Shown: positions 52,909 through 64,000 of the stretch, one piece after another | Layout: the number at the start of each line of letters is the position of its first letter | Numbering within the stretch: position 1 is the first letter of the stretch | Source: Rhynchopus sp. YZ270_cl-10 | Taxonomy: Eukaryota | Assembly: GCA_964035575.1 (NCBI GenBank) | Contig: OZ037835.1 | Span: forward strand, 1,860,001 to 1,924,000 | Reading direction: 5' to 3' | Length of the DNA stretch: 64,000 nucleotides | Position numbers and translations under genes: made by a program | The notes under the pieces: generated by a model | Databases searched by the model: none | What the model saw: the letters and a program-made list of their open reading frames with translations, nothing else | What the model was told of the DNA's origin: nothing

Positions 52909-53140
52909 CCCCCCTCCGTGTATATGTCCGGCACTTTTCTGAAAAATTTCCGGACATATTCACATATGGGGGGAGATGCCCCGCCAACGTGCGGGGCCGA
53001 AAGCTCGGAATGGGTTTTTGCCGCTGTAAACTGTAGTATACTACCTGATGTCCGGCATGTGCATATGTCCGAAAACATGTGTATATGTCCGAGCCTCGAC
53101 CAACACGGACATATGCACAGGACATATACACGGGGGAGGG
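52909..53140. mobile_element. Nested Tc1/mariner (Stowaway-like) MITE, TA flanks
   Basis: TA-cccccctccgtgtatatgtcc ... ggacatatacacgggggaggg-TA. Confidence 0.7.
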
Positions 53141-54386
53141 TAGGTAGATGTTATAGTGCTCGCAGCGCTATTCCTTGCCATCATGCGGCATCAGACCTCA
53201 TGCAGGAGAAAACTACGGTGTCCAGCATCGGCAGTGCGTACACATTGGTGCAGGATTTTATCGGCGTGACGTGGAACACGGACGACGTCTGGCATTTACG
53301 GGTTCAGTACAAGTGTGAGCAGTGCGAACGCACTAACGATTTTGCGACGAGGCGGAAGAGATACCTTTCTCCTCTCCCTGGTGCAGGGTGGATCCTTCTT
53401 TTCGCTGAAAATCCGAGATTTTTTTTCGTTTTATTTTTCTCTCCCGTTTTAGAGATTTTTCCGCGCAGGCCTGATGCTAGCTGTCAGGTTTTTAGGAAAT
53501 CGTGGGGGGGTTGATGGTTTGTCCGCGAGCGCAGCGAGTCGAAAAATTGAGTGACCATCTGAAAAGAAAAACGAACGAGCAGGTTGGGACCTGTACTGAG
53601 GCAGAATAGTGGTGTTTTTTTACACATCTCAGCTGTCGCAGAACTAAACCCCAGGGGAATATAGGTTTTGGTGGTTTTCGCTGAAACTCGGTCATTACTC
53701 GGTCAAGCCCAACCCAGCTCGTTCGGGGCCTCCGGCAGAATGTGAGAATTCCTCGGTTATCCTACTGCGGAGTTCGACACTACATTGATATTTGCACTGG
53801 GCACACGCAGTATCAGTAATCTCAATACATTTACAAAAGAAACGGCGGTCATGGCACCCATGGCGAAGCCACGGTACGCAATATTTCTAAAAATTGCGCT
53901 CAAAATTGCACGTTTTTAGTGCCAAACTATGCCACGCGAAGTGTGGGTTGCAAGCTTGCGCCCAAGGCGCACGGTGCGCTACTTTTATTCTCTCGCCATA
54001 CTGCATCCTTCCTTTTCCTTCGGCGTTTGACCCCAATTAAATCGCGTTCTGTCTGTGACCCTTGTCGGACACTGCGCCCTCTGATAAGGGTAATACTTTC
54101 TAGAAACATTGTGAAGTCTGTTTTTGACACACAATCGGGGTGGGTGGGCCATAATTTGCTCAACCAGTCGAAAATTGGGATTTTTCTGAAATTTGCATTG
54201 TGCTCAGCAAAAATCGTCGTTTTTTTGAAGAATTTTCCAAAAAATATGCTATACCCCCTATGACTGGACCCAACTCCCCTCACTCTTTTTTCCCTCTTTT
54301 TTGACCCAGAAACCACGCGCTTTTTGAACCTTTTTATCCAAAATACTCCTTTTTAGGGAGCCCCCTTTTTTTTTTTTCATCAAAAT

Positions 54387-55140
54387 CAGGGCGTTCGCTA
54401 TCGCCATCGTTTTTTCCTGATCGTGGCGAAATGCCAAAACCCCCGAAATTTTCGTTTTTTTACTAGTGCTTAAAATAGGTCAAAAAAAATTTTCCCGCCG
54501 GAGAGAAGTTAGTTCGTGGGGTGAATCCCTGGTACTGAATGGTCAAAAAAAATTTGCGATTTGCGCGTGATCCCTTCCCCAGCACAAGTGATATTACAGC
54601 TGAACTTTCCTGATACTAAAACCAGCAAAACGATGGAGAATTTCATCAATCCCCCCTCACTGAGGGTCTCTTTGTGTTGTTTAATCAAGCAGATGTACAA
54701 GAGAGAGGCATCTGTCATATGAGACTTCATCCTTATTTTGATTATTTTCAACTCTCTGCCATTGAAGATAGAGTTGACACGAGCAGTGACACCTTCTATA
54801 ACAGGGGGTACGGTACACCTTCAGCAGACTGCAGGATTGAGGAGCGAGCGGGAGTGCTGGGAAAACTTCCTCTCACGGCAGGCGGGTTTGCGGATGATTT
54901 TGAGTACAGTGGACACCCCCTCTGCGACCCCCCCTCCGGGGGGGTCGACAGGGTGGTGGGGAGAAATCTCTCTCTCTTTTTTCCCCCCCCCCCCCCCCCT
55001 TTTTTTTTTATTTATTTATTTATTTATACAGGGTTTCGCCCCGGTGGGGCGAAGCCCTGGGGCGAAATAAAATGTCATTTTTTCAGGAACAGATTTTTTT
55101 AACGAAAAAAAATATTTTTCGCCCCGGGGCGAACGCCCTG
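54387..55140. mobile_element. Nested hAT-like element, 12-bp TIR CAGGGCGTTCGC, 8-bp TSD ATCAAAAT
   Basis: TSD at 54379-54386 and 55141-55148; perfect TIR. Confidence 0.85.
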
Positions 55141-55803
55141 ATCAAAATTGTACAGGGAAAAAAAAAGTACTTTTTATTTTTCCGTCAAAAATTGTACGGA
55201 GAGAAAAAATAAAAAGTACTTTTTTTTTTTCTGTACAAAAAATTTAGAACCCTGGAAAAAAAAAAGTACTTTTTATTTTTTCTCTCCGTACAATTTTTGA
55301 CGGGAAAAAAAGAAGTACTTTTTTTTTTTTTCCTCCGTACAATTTTTGCACAGAAAAAAAAAAAGTACTTTTTTTTCTTCAAGTACTTTTTTTTTTGGAA
55401 AAGTACTTTACTTTTGGGCAAAGTACTTTTCCGATCCGTGACTTATACAGTGACATTCTGTTCTGCTCCTGTGCGTGACATAGGCCTGTTTCAATGCCTG
55501 CATGGCATTCTTAAAGCCACTATTTATTGTCAATACCATTTAACAAATCATTGTCTCGCAATGGAAGGAGAAGGCGAGAGACATTTGCCCAACAGCAACA
55601 AAATATCAAACATACACGACGGAATCACCTGTCATGGGCCATATCTAGTCCGTCGTGTAGACAAAGGGGGTGGGGTACTTTATTTCTTCGTTCACGTCTT
55701 CTTCCGCTCTTTCCCTTCCCACATGCTTTGTGTTGCACCACCCCCTCTCCGGCTTCCTCTCCACTCCTCTGTGTTCGCAGGCTAATCTACAACACTGTAC
55801 ACC

Positions 55804-57810
55804 ATGCGCCACAGCATTGGGCTATACGCCCTTTTTGCCTCCATTCTCTGTACACATGCCGAGACTCACACAGCGGACATTGTGGTCTGGGGAAGCACTG
55901 TCTGCGGTGTGACTGCTGCTGTTGGCGCTGTACGCACGAACACCTCTGCAACGGTCCTCTGGGTTGTCAACGCGACACGACTTGGCGGCATGACCTCGGG
56001 CGGTCTAGGTGGGATTGACACTGGAATGGAATACGGAGGCTTGGCTTGGGAGCTTCTGGGTCCTTTGAACAAGAATGTCGAGCCTCATGTTGCTGAAGAA
56101 GCTGTGCTTGCGATGCTTGCGACAGCTGGAGACTCCGTTCGCGTGGTGCGCAATACGGTTGGCATTAAGGGCGTTACCGCCTCCGCGTCTGGCAACAGCA
56201 TTGCGTCATTCAGAACCGAGAGTGGCGACGTTTTTGAAGGCAAGGTATTCATTGACTGCAGCTATGAAGGCGACCTGCTGATGCAGAGCGGGACTGCGCA
56301 TGCTGTAGGGCGTGAGGCGCGGTCGAAGTATGCGGAGTCGATCGCGGGGGATGATTATCCAGACTTTGCGCAGCTTGCGGAGAAGCCGTCTTTCTTCCAG
56401 AACGACGTCAGCCCATTCCTTGACGCAGCAAACACAACACTCCTGCCCACCATCGTTGGACGCTACGACGGCTCGGGAGGAGCTGCCGATGACCAGGTCA
56501 TGAGCTACTGCTTCAGGATGTGTCTCACGAACAACGCGACCAACCGGATCGCCGTCGCAGCACCGGCAGGCTACAACGAGGCGCACCTAGAGCTCCTGCG
56601 GCGCGAGCTTGTTTCCGAGGTCGCGAAAGGGATGAATGTGACGATGGACTCATTGTTCTTGATCCGCCACCTCCCGAACATGAAGATCGATCTGAACAGC
56701 GGGCAGTGGAGTGCGACCGGGAAGGCAGGAGGGTTTGCGCCGTTCTCCACCGACATGCCGTTTCTGCAGAAGGACTACGTCACGCAGACCTTGGCCGGGA
56801 GACAGCGCATCTTCGCGGAGCACGTCTGGTGGACACGCGCACTGCTCCACTTCCTCTCCACGGATGCCACGCTGCTGAAGATCCAACCCCACCTCGTTGC
56901 CGAGATGGCAAGCTGGGGTTTATGCGCCGATGAATACCCTGAGACAAACCACTGGACACCACAGCTCTATGTGCGCGAAGGCGCACGCCTCTCTGGCAAA
57001 CGCGTCATGACGCAACGCAACGTCCGTGGCATGCAAAACGGGCCCTTCGAAGCAACCTCCATGGGCACATCCCGTTGGGGCGTCGACGTCCACGCAGTGC
57101 AACGCCTTGCCGCGCAGATCAACGGAACCTGGCGTGTGGTCAACGCAGGAGGACGCGACGCGGGCCGTCTCAAGAACCTGCCGGGGTCCACGCAGCTCAC
57201 GGAGATCCCTTATGAGGCGTTGATCCCGCAGGACAGAGACACCACAAACCTTTTGGTCCCCGTCTGTGCATCGTTCAGCCACATTGCCATCGCCACCTAC
57301 CGTCTTGAACCCCAATACGCCGTTTTTGGACACAGTGCCGGAGTAGCAGCGGCGTTTGCAGTGAAGGATAAGGTTTCCGTCCAGGAAGTCGACATCCCTG
57401 CTGTCCAGAACGTTCTTGCAAAGTGGTCGCCCCCGCAGATCCTGCATGCCACCCAGGCGCCGCGTGATACAGTGCAGATGAAGGCCTGTGATGCGTCCCC
57501 GGAACAGACCTTTGGAATACAAGGGGAGACGCTGACAGGTGGGGGAAGGTGTGTGACCGTGCAAGGCGAGGAATGGGGCATGGCTGACTGTGTCGAGGGG
57601 GCGGCTGATCAGAGGTTTGCGATGCTCCCGACGCCAGGGTTTGCGGATCTTGTTGAAGTGCGCAGCAATGCAACAGGGAAATGCGCGATGGGAGTAGAGT
57701 GGGCACTCTCTTCGGATGCCTGTAACAGCCCTGCAGGGACAGTCTGGAACGTCAGTGGTAATGTGCTCCGCCAACACGATGAGTTTGGTCTGTGCGCGAC
57801 GTGGGTCTGA
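55804..57810 (+). CDS. Secreted FAD-dependent oxidoreductase (bacterial FAD_oxidored-like family) with a Cys-rich, ricin-B-like C-terminus
   Basis: Signal-like N-terminus. Motifs DIVVWGSTVCGVTAA, LGGMTSGGLG, FIDCSYEGDL, VGRE, YCFRMCLT, QLYVREGARL, IPYEALIP, NLLVPVCASFSHIA. Tail with C..S.EQ.F / DC...DQRF. Confidence 0.85.
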   Translation: MRHSIGLYALFASILCTHAETHTADIVVWGSTVCGVTAAVGAVRTNTSATVLWVVNATRLGGMTSGGLGGIDTGMEYGGLAWELLGPLNKNVEPHVAEEAVLAMLATAGDSVRVVRNTVGIKGVTASASGNSIASFRTESGDVFEGKVFIDCSYEGDLLMQSGTAHAVGREARSKYAESIAGDDYPDFAQLAEKPSFFQNDVSPFLDAANTTLLPTIVGRYDGSGGAADDQVMSYCFRMCLTNNATNRIAVAAPAGYNEAHLELLRRELVSEVAKGMNVTMDSLFLIRHLPNMKIDLNSGQWSATGKAGGFAPFSTDMPFLQKDYVTQTLAGRQRIFAEHVWWTRALLHFLSTDATLLKIQPHLVAEMASWGLCADEYPETNHWTPQLYVREGARLSGKRVMTQRNVRGMQNGPFEATSMGTSRWGVDVHAVQRLAAQINGTWRVVNAGGRDAGRLKNLPGSTQLTEIPYEALIPQDRDTTNLLVPVCASFSHIAIATYRLEPQYAVFGHSAGVAAAFAVKDKVSVQEVDIPAVQNVLAKWSPPQILHATQAPRDTVQMKACDASPEQTFGIQGETLTGGGRCVTVQGEEWGMADCVEGAADQRFAMLPTPGFADLVEVRSNATGKCAMGVEWALSSDACNSPAGTVWNVSGNVLRQHDEFGLCATWV

Positions 57811-58154
57811 AAGACTGCTTTATTTGAGTATCATTGTTGGGTTCTTTTGTACTAAATATTGAGGACAGTGGGCAAGTCTGCGTTCCCAATATTGATGGGA
57901 AAAAGCCCAACATTAGTTTCCGATTTCGGGTGCGTTATGGTTTCACTATTGTTTCACTTTTTATTATTATTGCACCTGCTTACAGTATTCCCTCCAAGGT
58001 TGCAAACACTCTGGGGGTTCGATAACCCGCGGAGTGTCAGATGCCTGCGTCCCAGAGGCGTTTTGCGCTATCAACTTCACTTTTATTCTTCACTTTTTTT
58101 TGAAAAGCCTAAAATGTTGAAACAGATTCGTATTCATTTTGCGATAAACGAAAA

Positions 58155-58987
58155 CAGGGTTCTATACAGGTCCGGTCACTCGGTCGGTCTGACCGAGTCA
58201 GACGTTGACTCGGTCAGCCGTTATTTTTTTTTTTTTTTATAAATCTCAGATTTTTTTTCCAAATCTTGGGTGGAAATTTTGGTATCTCACACGAGCCTCT
58301 GAGAGTGACCAGAAATGGCCTCATGAACAAAGTGACCCGTCACAGCCAAAACGCGACTCAATTGGTCAAACGCCGAAGGAAAAGGAAGCATGCAGCATGG
58401 CGAAATAATAAAAGTAGCGTACCGTGCGCCTGCGGCGCAAGATTGCAACCCACCCTTCCCATGATATACTTTTGCAGTAAAAATGTTCAATTTTAAGCGC
58501 AATTTTTAGAAATGTTGCGTACCGTGGCTTCGCCAGAAACTTTCGTTTTAGAAAAACAGGGGAGTAAAATTACGGAAGCTGACCACAATTACCAGCGACA
58601 GTGCCGTTTTGTATCAACATTTTTTTAGAAATGTTGCGTACCGTGGCTTCGCTTTGGGTGCCGTGACCGCCCTTTCTTTGTTATAAATGTACTGAGGCTA
58701 CAGACAATTCGTGTACCACTTGTGCCTGGTGCACGAATTGCTTCAATGAAGTGCCGAACTCCGCAGTTGGATAACCGAGGAATTCTCACATTCCGCCGGA
58801 GGCCCCCAACTTGAGCTGGGTTGGGGACCCGGGCTCGACCGAGTTTCAGCGAAAAACCCCAAAACCTATATAATTCCCTGTTGCATGGTCACTGAAGAGG
58901 GGGGGAAAATTTTTTTTTGGGCTGACCGAGTCAAACCGATTCTGACCGAGCCAGCCCCTCGTGGGCGGAATGCTGTATAGAACCCTG
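58155..58987. mobile_element. Non-autonomous TIR element, 15-bp TIR CAGGGTTCTATACAG, 6-bp TSD CGAAAA
   Basis: CGAAAA at 58149-58154 and 58988-58993. Subterminal gaccgag repeats. A diverged inverted internal copy lies at ~53655-54060. Confidence 0.85.
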
Positions 58988-59022
58988 CGAAAAGTTGTTT
59001 TTTTATTGTTTTCTTTTTATTC

Positions 59023-59130
59023 CCACCTGATTTTTACCCCGCGTAAAGGCGCGTAAAGGCTGGGAAAAATGGGTGGGGTTTGGCCTGTACGGGCCTTTAC
59101 GCGCCTTTACGCGGGGTAATAATCAGGTGG
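59023..59130. mobile_element. Foldback MITE, TIR starting CCACCTGATT, 5-bp TSD TATTC
   Basis: About 38-bp near-perfect arms; TATTC on both sides. Confidence 0.8.
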
Positions 59131-59138
59131 TATTCATA

Positions 59139-59257
59139 CAGTAGGACAAGAAACTTGGCGACCAAAAAAATTGGCGACCAAATAATATTGGCGGATTTTT
59201 GGGGGGTTTCTTGCAATTGGCGACTTTTTTTGGTCGCCAATATTACTTGTCCTACTG
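59139..59257. mobile_element. Tc1/mariner-type MITE, TIR CAGTAGGACAAG, TA TSD
   Basis: TA-CAGTAGGACAAG ... CTTGTCCTACTG-TA. Confidence 0.8.
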
Positions 59258-59610
59258 TAACCTGAAGTTTGGTTTCTATTTACCAGTGCCCTGCCTCCGC
59301 CGATGAACGGTGAGGCGCTTGCACTTTCAACTTCTCTTTTTGCCTGTTACATTTTGTGGCTAAGTCTTGAAAGGCTTCGTCTCCCATGTCAGGAACGGTT
59401 CTCTTTCGTTTCTTTTGCTGTGTGTGTGTGTTTTGCGCAACTATACTCGTACCCCACTCCTTTGCGTTTTTTGTGTTTTTTTGTGTTTTCGTGTTTCTTG
59501 TGTTTCGCGCTTGTCTGACAAGCGGCGCTGTTTCCTGTAAGCTGGCTAAGCACACAGAGGCTGAAGTTCATCTTATTAACTCTTTCTTTTCTTTTTCAAT
59601 TCCTTTTGTT

Positions 59611-61083
59611 TTTTCGGTGACATGACACTTGTGACATATCGTAGGAAATCTTTTAGTATGCGCGAAGACGATTCTTGTGCTCCTCATTCTCCCCACACTA
59701 TGTCAATACAACAGGTTAGACCGTTTGGTCTGGGAGGGTTTGGGGTTTCTTCTTTCTCTCAGTTCAATCTTGAACAATTTCGAGAGGAGTTTTATTTATT
59801 TTTTCAAAAAAAAAAAAATGTGTGATCTGGGGTGAGGAAGCGTTCCAACTTTTCAACCTCTTCCCCAATTTACCTTTCGCGCTTTTTTACCCTCCCCCGT
59901 TTTAGAATCAACAGAGAGTGTACGTTAAGATTTTTGCAGACAACAACGCAGTGGAACACAGTGGTTGTGAGGAAATAATACAAATCGTAAGGAAAATTTG
60001 TTGGATTGGCGCGTAGCTGCCGTACTGCCAGTCTTCACTGTGTATTTATTCTCCTTCGAATCTGACAAGCGAGGGTTATCTGACCAACCTGTATTCTATC
60101 TATTCAATCTTGCGAATGTTGCAATGTTGCCTTCATGTTGTGAGGTGCTGTCATGCACACAAAGCTCTATTTGTGATAGGACCACCAATATACTGAGGTC
60201 ATACTGGAGTGCTGCCGTGAGAGCTCCCTCTCCCATCATTCTTTAGTGGACCCTGGTGGGTGTCCTTGTGAAAAGCGATGCCATCTATATAGGTTGTGGA
60301 GACGGTGCTAATATAGCTGGCCTTATGTCGGGCTTGCCTGGTTGGGTTCAAGCCAGCTATACCGTATGATAGTCATTGCAGCTGACCTGAAGGTTGGTTG
60401 TGATGCATATCTAGGTCTTGTGCCAATGTTATACACAGCAAGACCCCTGACTATATGGGGGCCCCTCAAAAACGTATCCTCTGATTGACATGGCGACCTT
60501 GTAGGTTGACATGATAAATAACGTTAAAAAATGACAAAACATTTATTGCGCCCTTTCCCATGTTGTTTCAAAGAAACCCCAACAGGATGTCATTGGTCAT
60601 CAATTTGATGGGATTGACTGCTGTTCACAGAGAAAAAAAACATAAACAAAAATACCAAAAAGCTGTAAACATAATAGTACTCTTTTATTAGGACAAATGC
60701 TTTGTGGTGGGAAATGATTCAAGCGTTTGACGCTTTCTGTTTACCCCCTCCCCTTATCCCTTATACAACAAAAATACCCCCATTGGAGGTAAGCGTATGG
60801 CGTGCGTAGTGTACGAACTAAAAGGCGAACAGCGTTTTGATTTTTTTTTGTGTTCATGTTTTTTTTTTTCGGTGACATGACACTTGTGACATATCGTAGG
60901 AAATCTTTTAGTATGCGCGAAGACGATTCTTGTGCTCCTCACTTCTCCCCCACACTATGTCAATACAACAGGTTAGACCGTTTGGTCTGGGAGGGTTTGG
61001 GGTTTCTTCTTTCTCTCAGTTCAATCTTGAACAAATTCGAGAGGAGTTTTATTTATTTATTCAAAAAAAAAAAAAAAAAAATG
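59611..61083 (+). repeat. Two ~210-bp near-identical direct repeats (59611-59820 and 60866-61083), each ending in an A-run
   Basis: ttttcggtgacatgacacttgtg...gagaggagttttatttatt..c(A)n-tg occurs in both. Confidence 0.85.
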
Positions 61084-61425
61084 AAGTACAGGACATGTTA
61101 CGAAGTGAGAAGATGGGAACGGATCCGGAACACAATACCCCCGTCTTGCTCCAGACGGTACACCGTCTGCTGCGATGCAGCGAGAAGCGTGTCCAGGTCA
61201 ATGTCCTTGAACGCCGACTTCGGGACATCGATGATGGTGAGGGGGCTGGTGCCGTAGGCTTCGGCTTGTAGGCACACAGCCATCCGAAAGCGCGCATTTC
61301 TCGTACGCAAGGAGTTCCGCGGGGTGTAGCCGTCCATGCTGAGGAGGGAGGTGATGGGCCACTTCTCGAGCTTGCTCGGAGGGGTGAACGCGACACGAGG
61401 GACGCGACGAAGAAGAACGCCGTGA

Positions 61426-62566
61426 TTCGCAGGCATATGTGGCATATGTGGCATATGTGGTATAAGATCCACTTCTCGCAGGCATATGTGGTATAAGATC
61501 CACTTTTCGCAGGCATATGTGGTATAAGATCCACTTTTCGCAGGCATATGGGGTATAAGATCCACTTTTCGCAGGCATATGTGGTATAAGATCCATTTTT
61601 CGCAGGTATATGGGGTATAAGATCCACTTTTCTCAGGCATATGGGGTATAAGATCCACTTTTCGCAGGCATATGTGGTATAAGATCCACTTTTCGCAGGT
61701 ATATGGGGTATAAGATCCACTTTTCTCAGGCATATGGGGTATAAGATCCACTTTTCGCAGGCATATGTGGTATAAGATCCACTTTTCGCAGGTATATGGG
61801 GTATAAGATCCACTTTTCTCAGGCATATGGGGTATAAGATCCACTTTTCGCAGGCATATGTGGTATAAGATCCACTTTTCGCAGGTATATGGGGTATAAG
61901 ATCCACTTTTCTCAGGCATATGGGGTATAAGATCCACTTTTCTCAGGCATATGGGGTATAAGATCCACTTTTCGCAGGTATATGGGGTATAAGATCCACT
62001 TTTCTCAGGCATATGGGGTATAAGATCCACTTTTCGCAGGCATATGTGGTATAAGATCCACTTTTCGCAGGTATATGGGGTATAAGATCCACTTTTCTCA
62101 GGCATATGGGGTATAAGATCCACTTTTCGCAGGTATATGGGGTATAAGATCCACTTTTCTCAGGCATATGGGGTATAAGATCCACTTTTCTCAGGCATAT
62201 GGGGTATAAGATCCACTTTTCGCAGGCATATGGGGTATAAGATCCACTTTTCGCAGGCATATGTGGTATAAGATCCACTTTTCGCAGGCATATGTGGTAT
62301 AAGATCCACTTTTCGCAGGCATATGGGGTATAAGATCCACTTTTCGCAGGCATATGTGGTATAAGATCCACTTTTCGCAGGCATATGGGGTATAAGATCC
62401 ACTTTTCGCAGGCATATGTGGTATAAGAACCACTTTTCGCAGGCATATGTGGTATAAGATCCACTTTTCGCAGGCATATGTGGTATAAGATCCACTTTTC
62501 GCAGGCATATGTGGTATAAGATCCACTTTTCGCAGGCCTATGTGGTATAAGAACCACTTTTCTCAG
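61426..62566. repeat. 31-bp minisatellite, ~36 copies (TTTTCGCAGGCATATGTGGTATAAGATCCAC)
   Basis: Head-to-tail units with no spacers and three main dimorphic sites. Confidence 0.95.
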
Positions 62567-63149
62567 CCATTTCAGCAATTTTACGAGAGGACCAGCAGAT
62601 ACGCGGAGATCCCTAAGTGTCCTATCCAGATCGAAATTGCCGACACTGACACAGTACATCACTATCACCCGCACCCAGAGGAGCCGTCACTTGTCTCGCA
62701 GTACCTAGAGGGGACAGCCAGCGCCCGTTCTTCCAACCACCCCTTCTGACCACTCAAACCCACTCAAGTACACAGAACGTGACACCCGCAAACAACAACG
62801 TGGAGCTGATCCTGTGTGTGAATCAGGTGCCTGCGGAGGTACCGCCCTCGACTTCCAAGGCGACATCCTCTAGACTGCCCTGCGTGGCCACCGGTGACAA
62901 GCATCAACAGGCCTTACTGCCCAGATGGATTCAACACAAAGATGTCTCGGCATCATCTTTTTCGGCACCATTGTTTTAGGGTTTTTCGACACGAGACGAC
63001 AGGAAATTACGTTCTTCCCATCCCAAACTACAACATCGACTTCACGAGACAGTGTGCTTCAACATTCCTTCAACGATGATGGCAAGCGGTTGTTGGGACC
63101 TATTCCACGTGCATCGAAGTTCCAAGAGGTGTACGAATGTCAAAATTTT

Positions 63150-63910
63150 CTGCACCTTCTACCGTGCGGACCAGCTGTATACCGGAGTGTTTGAGACCGA
63201 GGAGGGCTCTGGTGTTTCAAGCCGAAAAACAACAACTACTTCCAGGGACTGAAGAACTGCGACCCCGCCGCACCCCTGATCATGTACGTTCGAAGATGTC
63301 TCCTGCGGTAGACAAGGGGCGTTTCGTCGTTTTTTCGGACGGGTCTTCTCTGGTAAGATCAAGGCCGTACAGAAGGCACGCATCATGAGACCATACTACG
63401 AGTACAGGAACCAAGAAGGACGTGGCTGTGAAGAACATCCAGCGTACCCTGCTCATGATGGGATGTTACCAAGGCCGTTTTGAGGACGTGCCCTGTGGTA
63501 ACGTTGTGGGTCTTGTAGGAGTCGACAACTTCATTGTGAAAACGGCGACCATCACCGACGAGAAGGAGGCTGAGTGCTACCCCCTGAAGGACTTGAAGTA
63601 CAGTGTGTCGCCCGTTGTGCGTGTCGCTGTGGAGGGATCCCATGCCGACCTACCCAAGTTTGTTGAGGGACTGCAGCGTCTGTCGAAGTCCGACCCGCTT
63701 CTGCAGTGCTCGATTGAGGAGTCGGGAAGCCTCATTTTGAGATCTGCCTGAAGGATATTCGGGAAGACTACTTGGCTGTGCCAAGTGGTAGATCAACGAG
63801 CCCGTTGCGTCGTTTCCGTGAGACCATCACCGAGGTGTCTGACCGCCAGGGTCTGCCCAAGTCACCGAACAAGCACAACCGCCTCTTCTGCAACAGAGCA
63901 CCCTTTGGAG
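63150..63910 (+). pseudogene. EEF2: Translation elongation factor 2 fragment with frameshifts and deletions
   Basis: Motifs [96 protein letters not shown] and KSPNKHNRL are spread over several frames. Confidence 0.9.
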
Positions 63911-64000
63911 ACAACTACTACCATTACTACACAGACGTGCATGATAACGGGGGTTGAGCACTCCGACGGTGTCTGCAACATGAACTTACCAGGCACTACA

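Larger units (their letters stand above)
52298..55440. mobile_element. 3.1-kb non-autonomous TIR element, 21-bp TIR CACGG(T/A)TCGGAAAAGTACTTT, 6-bp TSD ACTTAT
   Basis: ACTTAT at 52292-52297 and 55441-55446. Many subterminal AAAAGTACTTTT palindromes at both ends. Confidence 0.85.

Noticed and set aside
53655..58880. Single composite transposon carrying the oxidoreductase
   Set aside because: The two inverted copies are diverged and each lies inside a separate element with its own TSD; there is no shared outer TSD.
61426..62566. CRISPR array
   Set aside because: The units are contiguous with no unique spacers, there are no cas genes, and the context is eukaryotic.

Overview
Eukaryotic (protist-like, possibly euglenozoan) genomic DNA, not prokaryotic. 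All recognisable host genes are intronless and on the + strand. They are: a 4-copy tandem ankyrin array (1-9.7 kb), a PH-domain inositol 5-phosphatase, a 9-copy array of ubiquitin-like + variable 25-aa LRR proteins with CaaX-like tails (16.9-51.9 kb), a secreted bacterial-type FAD oxidoreductase, and a decayed eEF2 copy. Two apparently full-length, TSD-flanked non-LTR retrotransposons sit in the LRR array. Element A (minus strand, 18304-26475) is Ingi/I-group-like with APE-RT-RNase H. Element B (plus strand, 32867-42045) has a candidate 5' HDV-like ribozyme, an OTU protease domain in ORF1, APE-RT, and a tandem Cys/His motif at the C-terminus. Although the ORF2s differ, both elements have homologous-looking ORF1 cores and the same junction: ORF1, a single in-frame UGA-C, a short linker, a 2A-like motif, then APE. 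This suggests coupled readthrough and StopGo translation. Intergenic DNA holds many non-autonomous TIR elements (TTAA, TA, AT, 5-, 6- and 8-bp TSDs) and a 31-bp minisatellite. All calls come from reading the sequence by eye; no searches were run.
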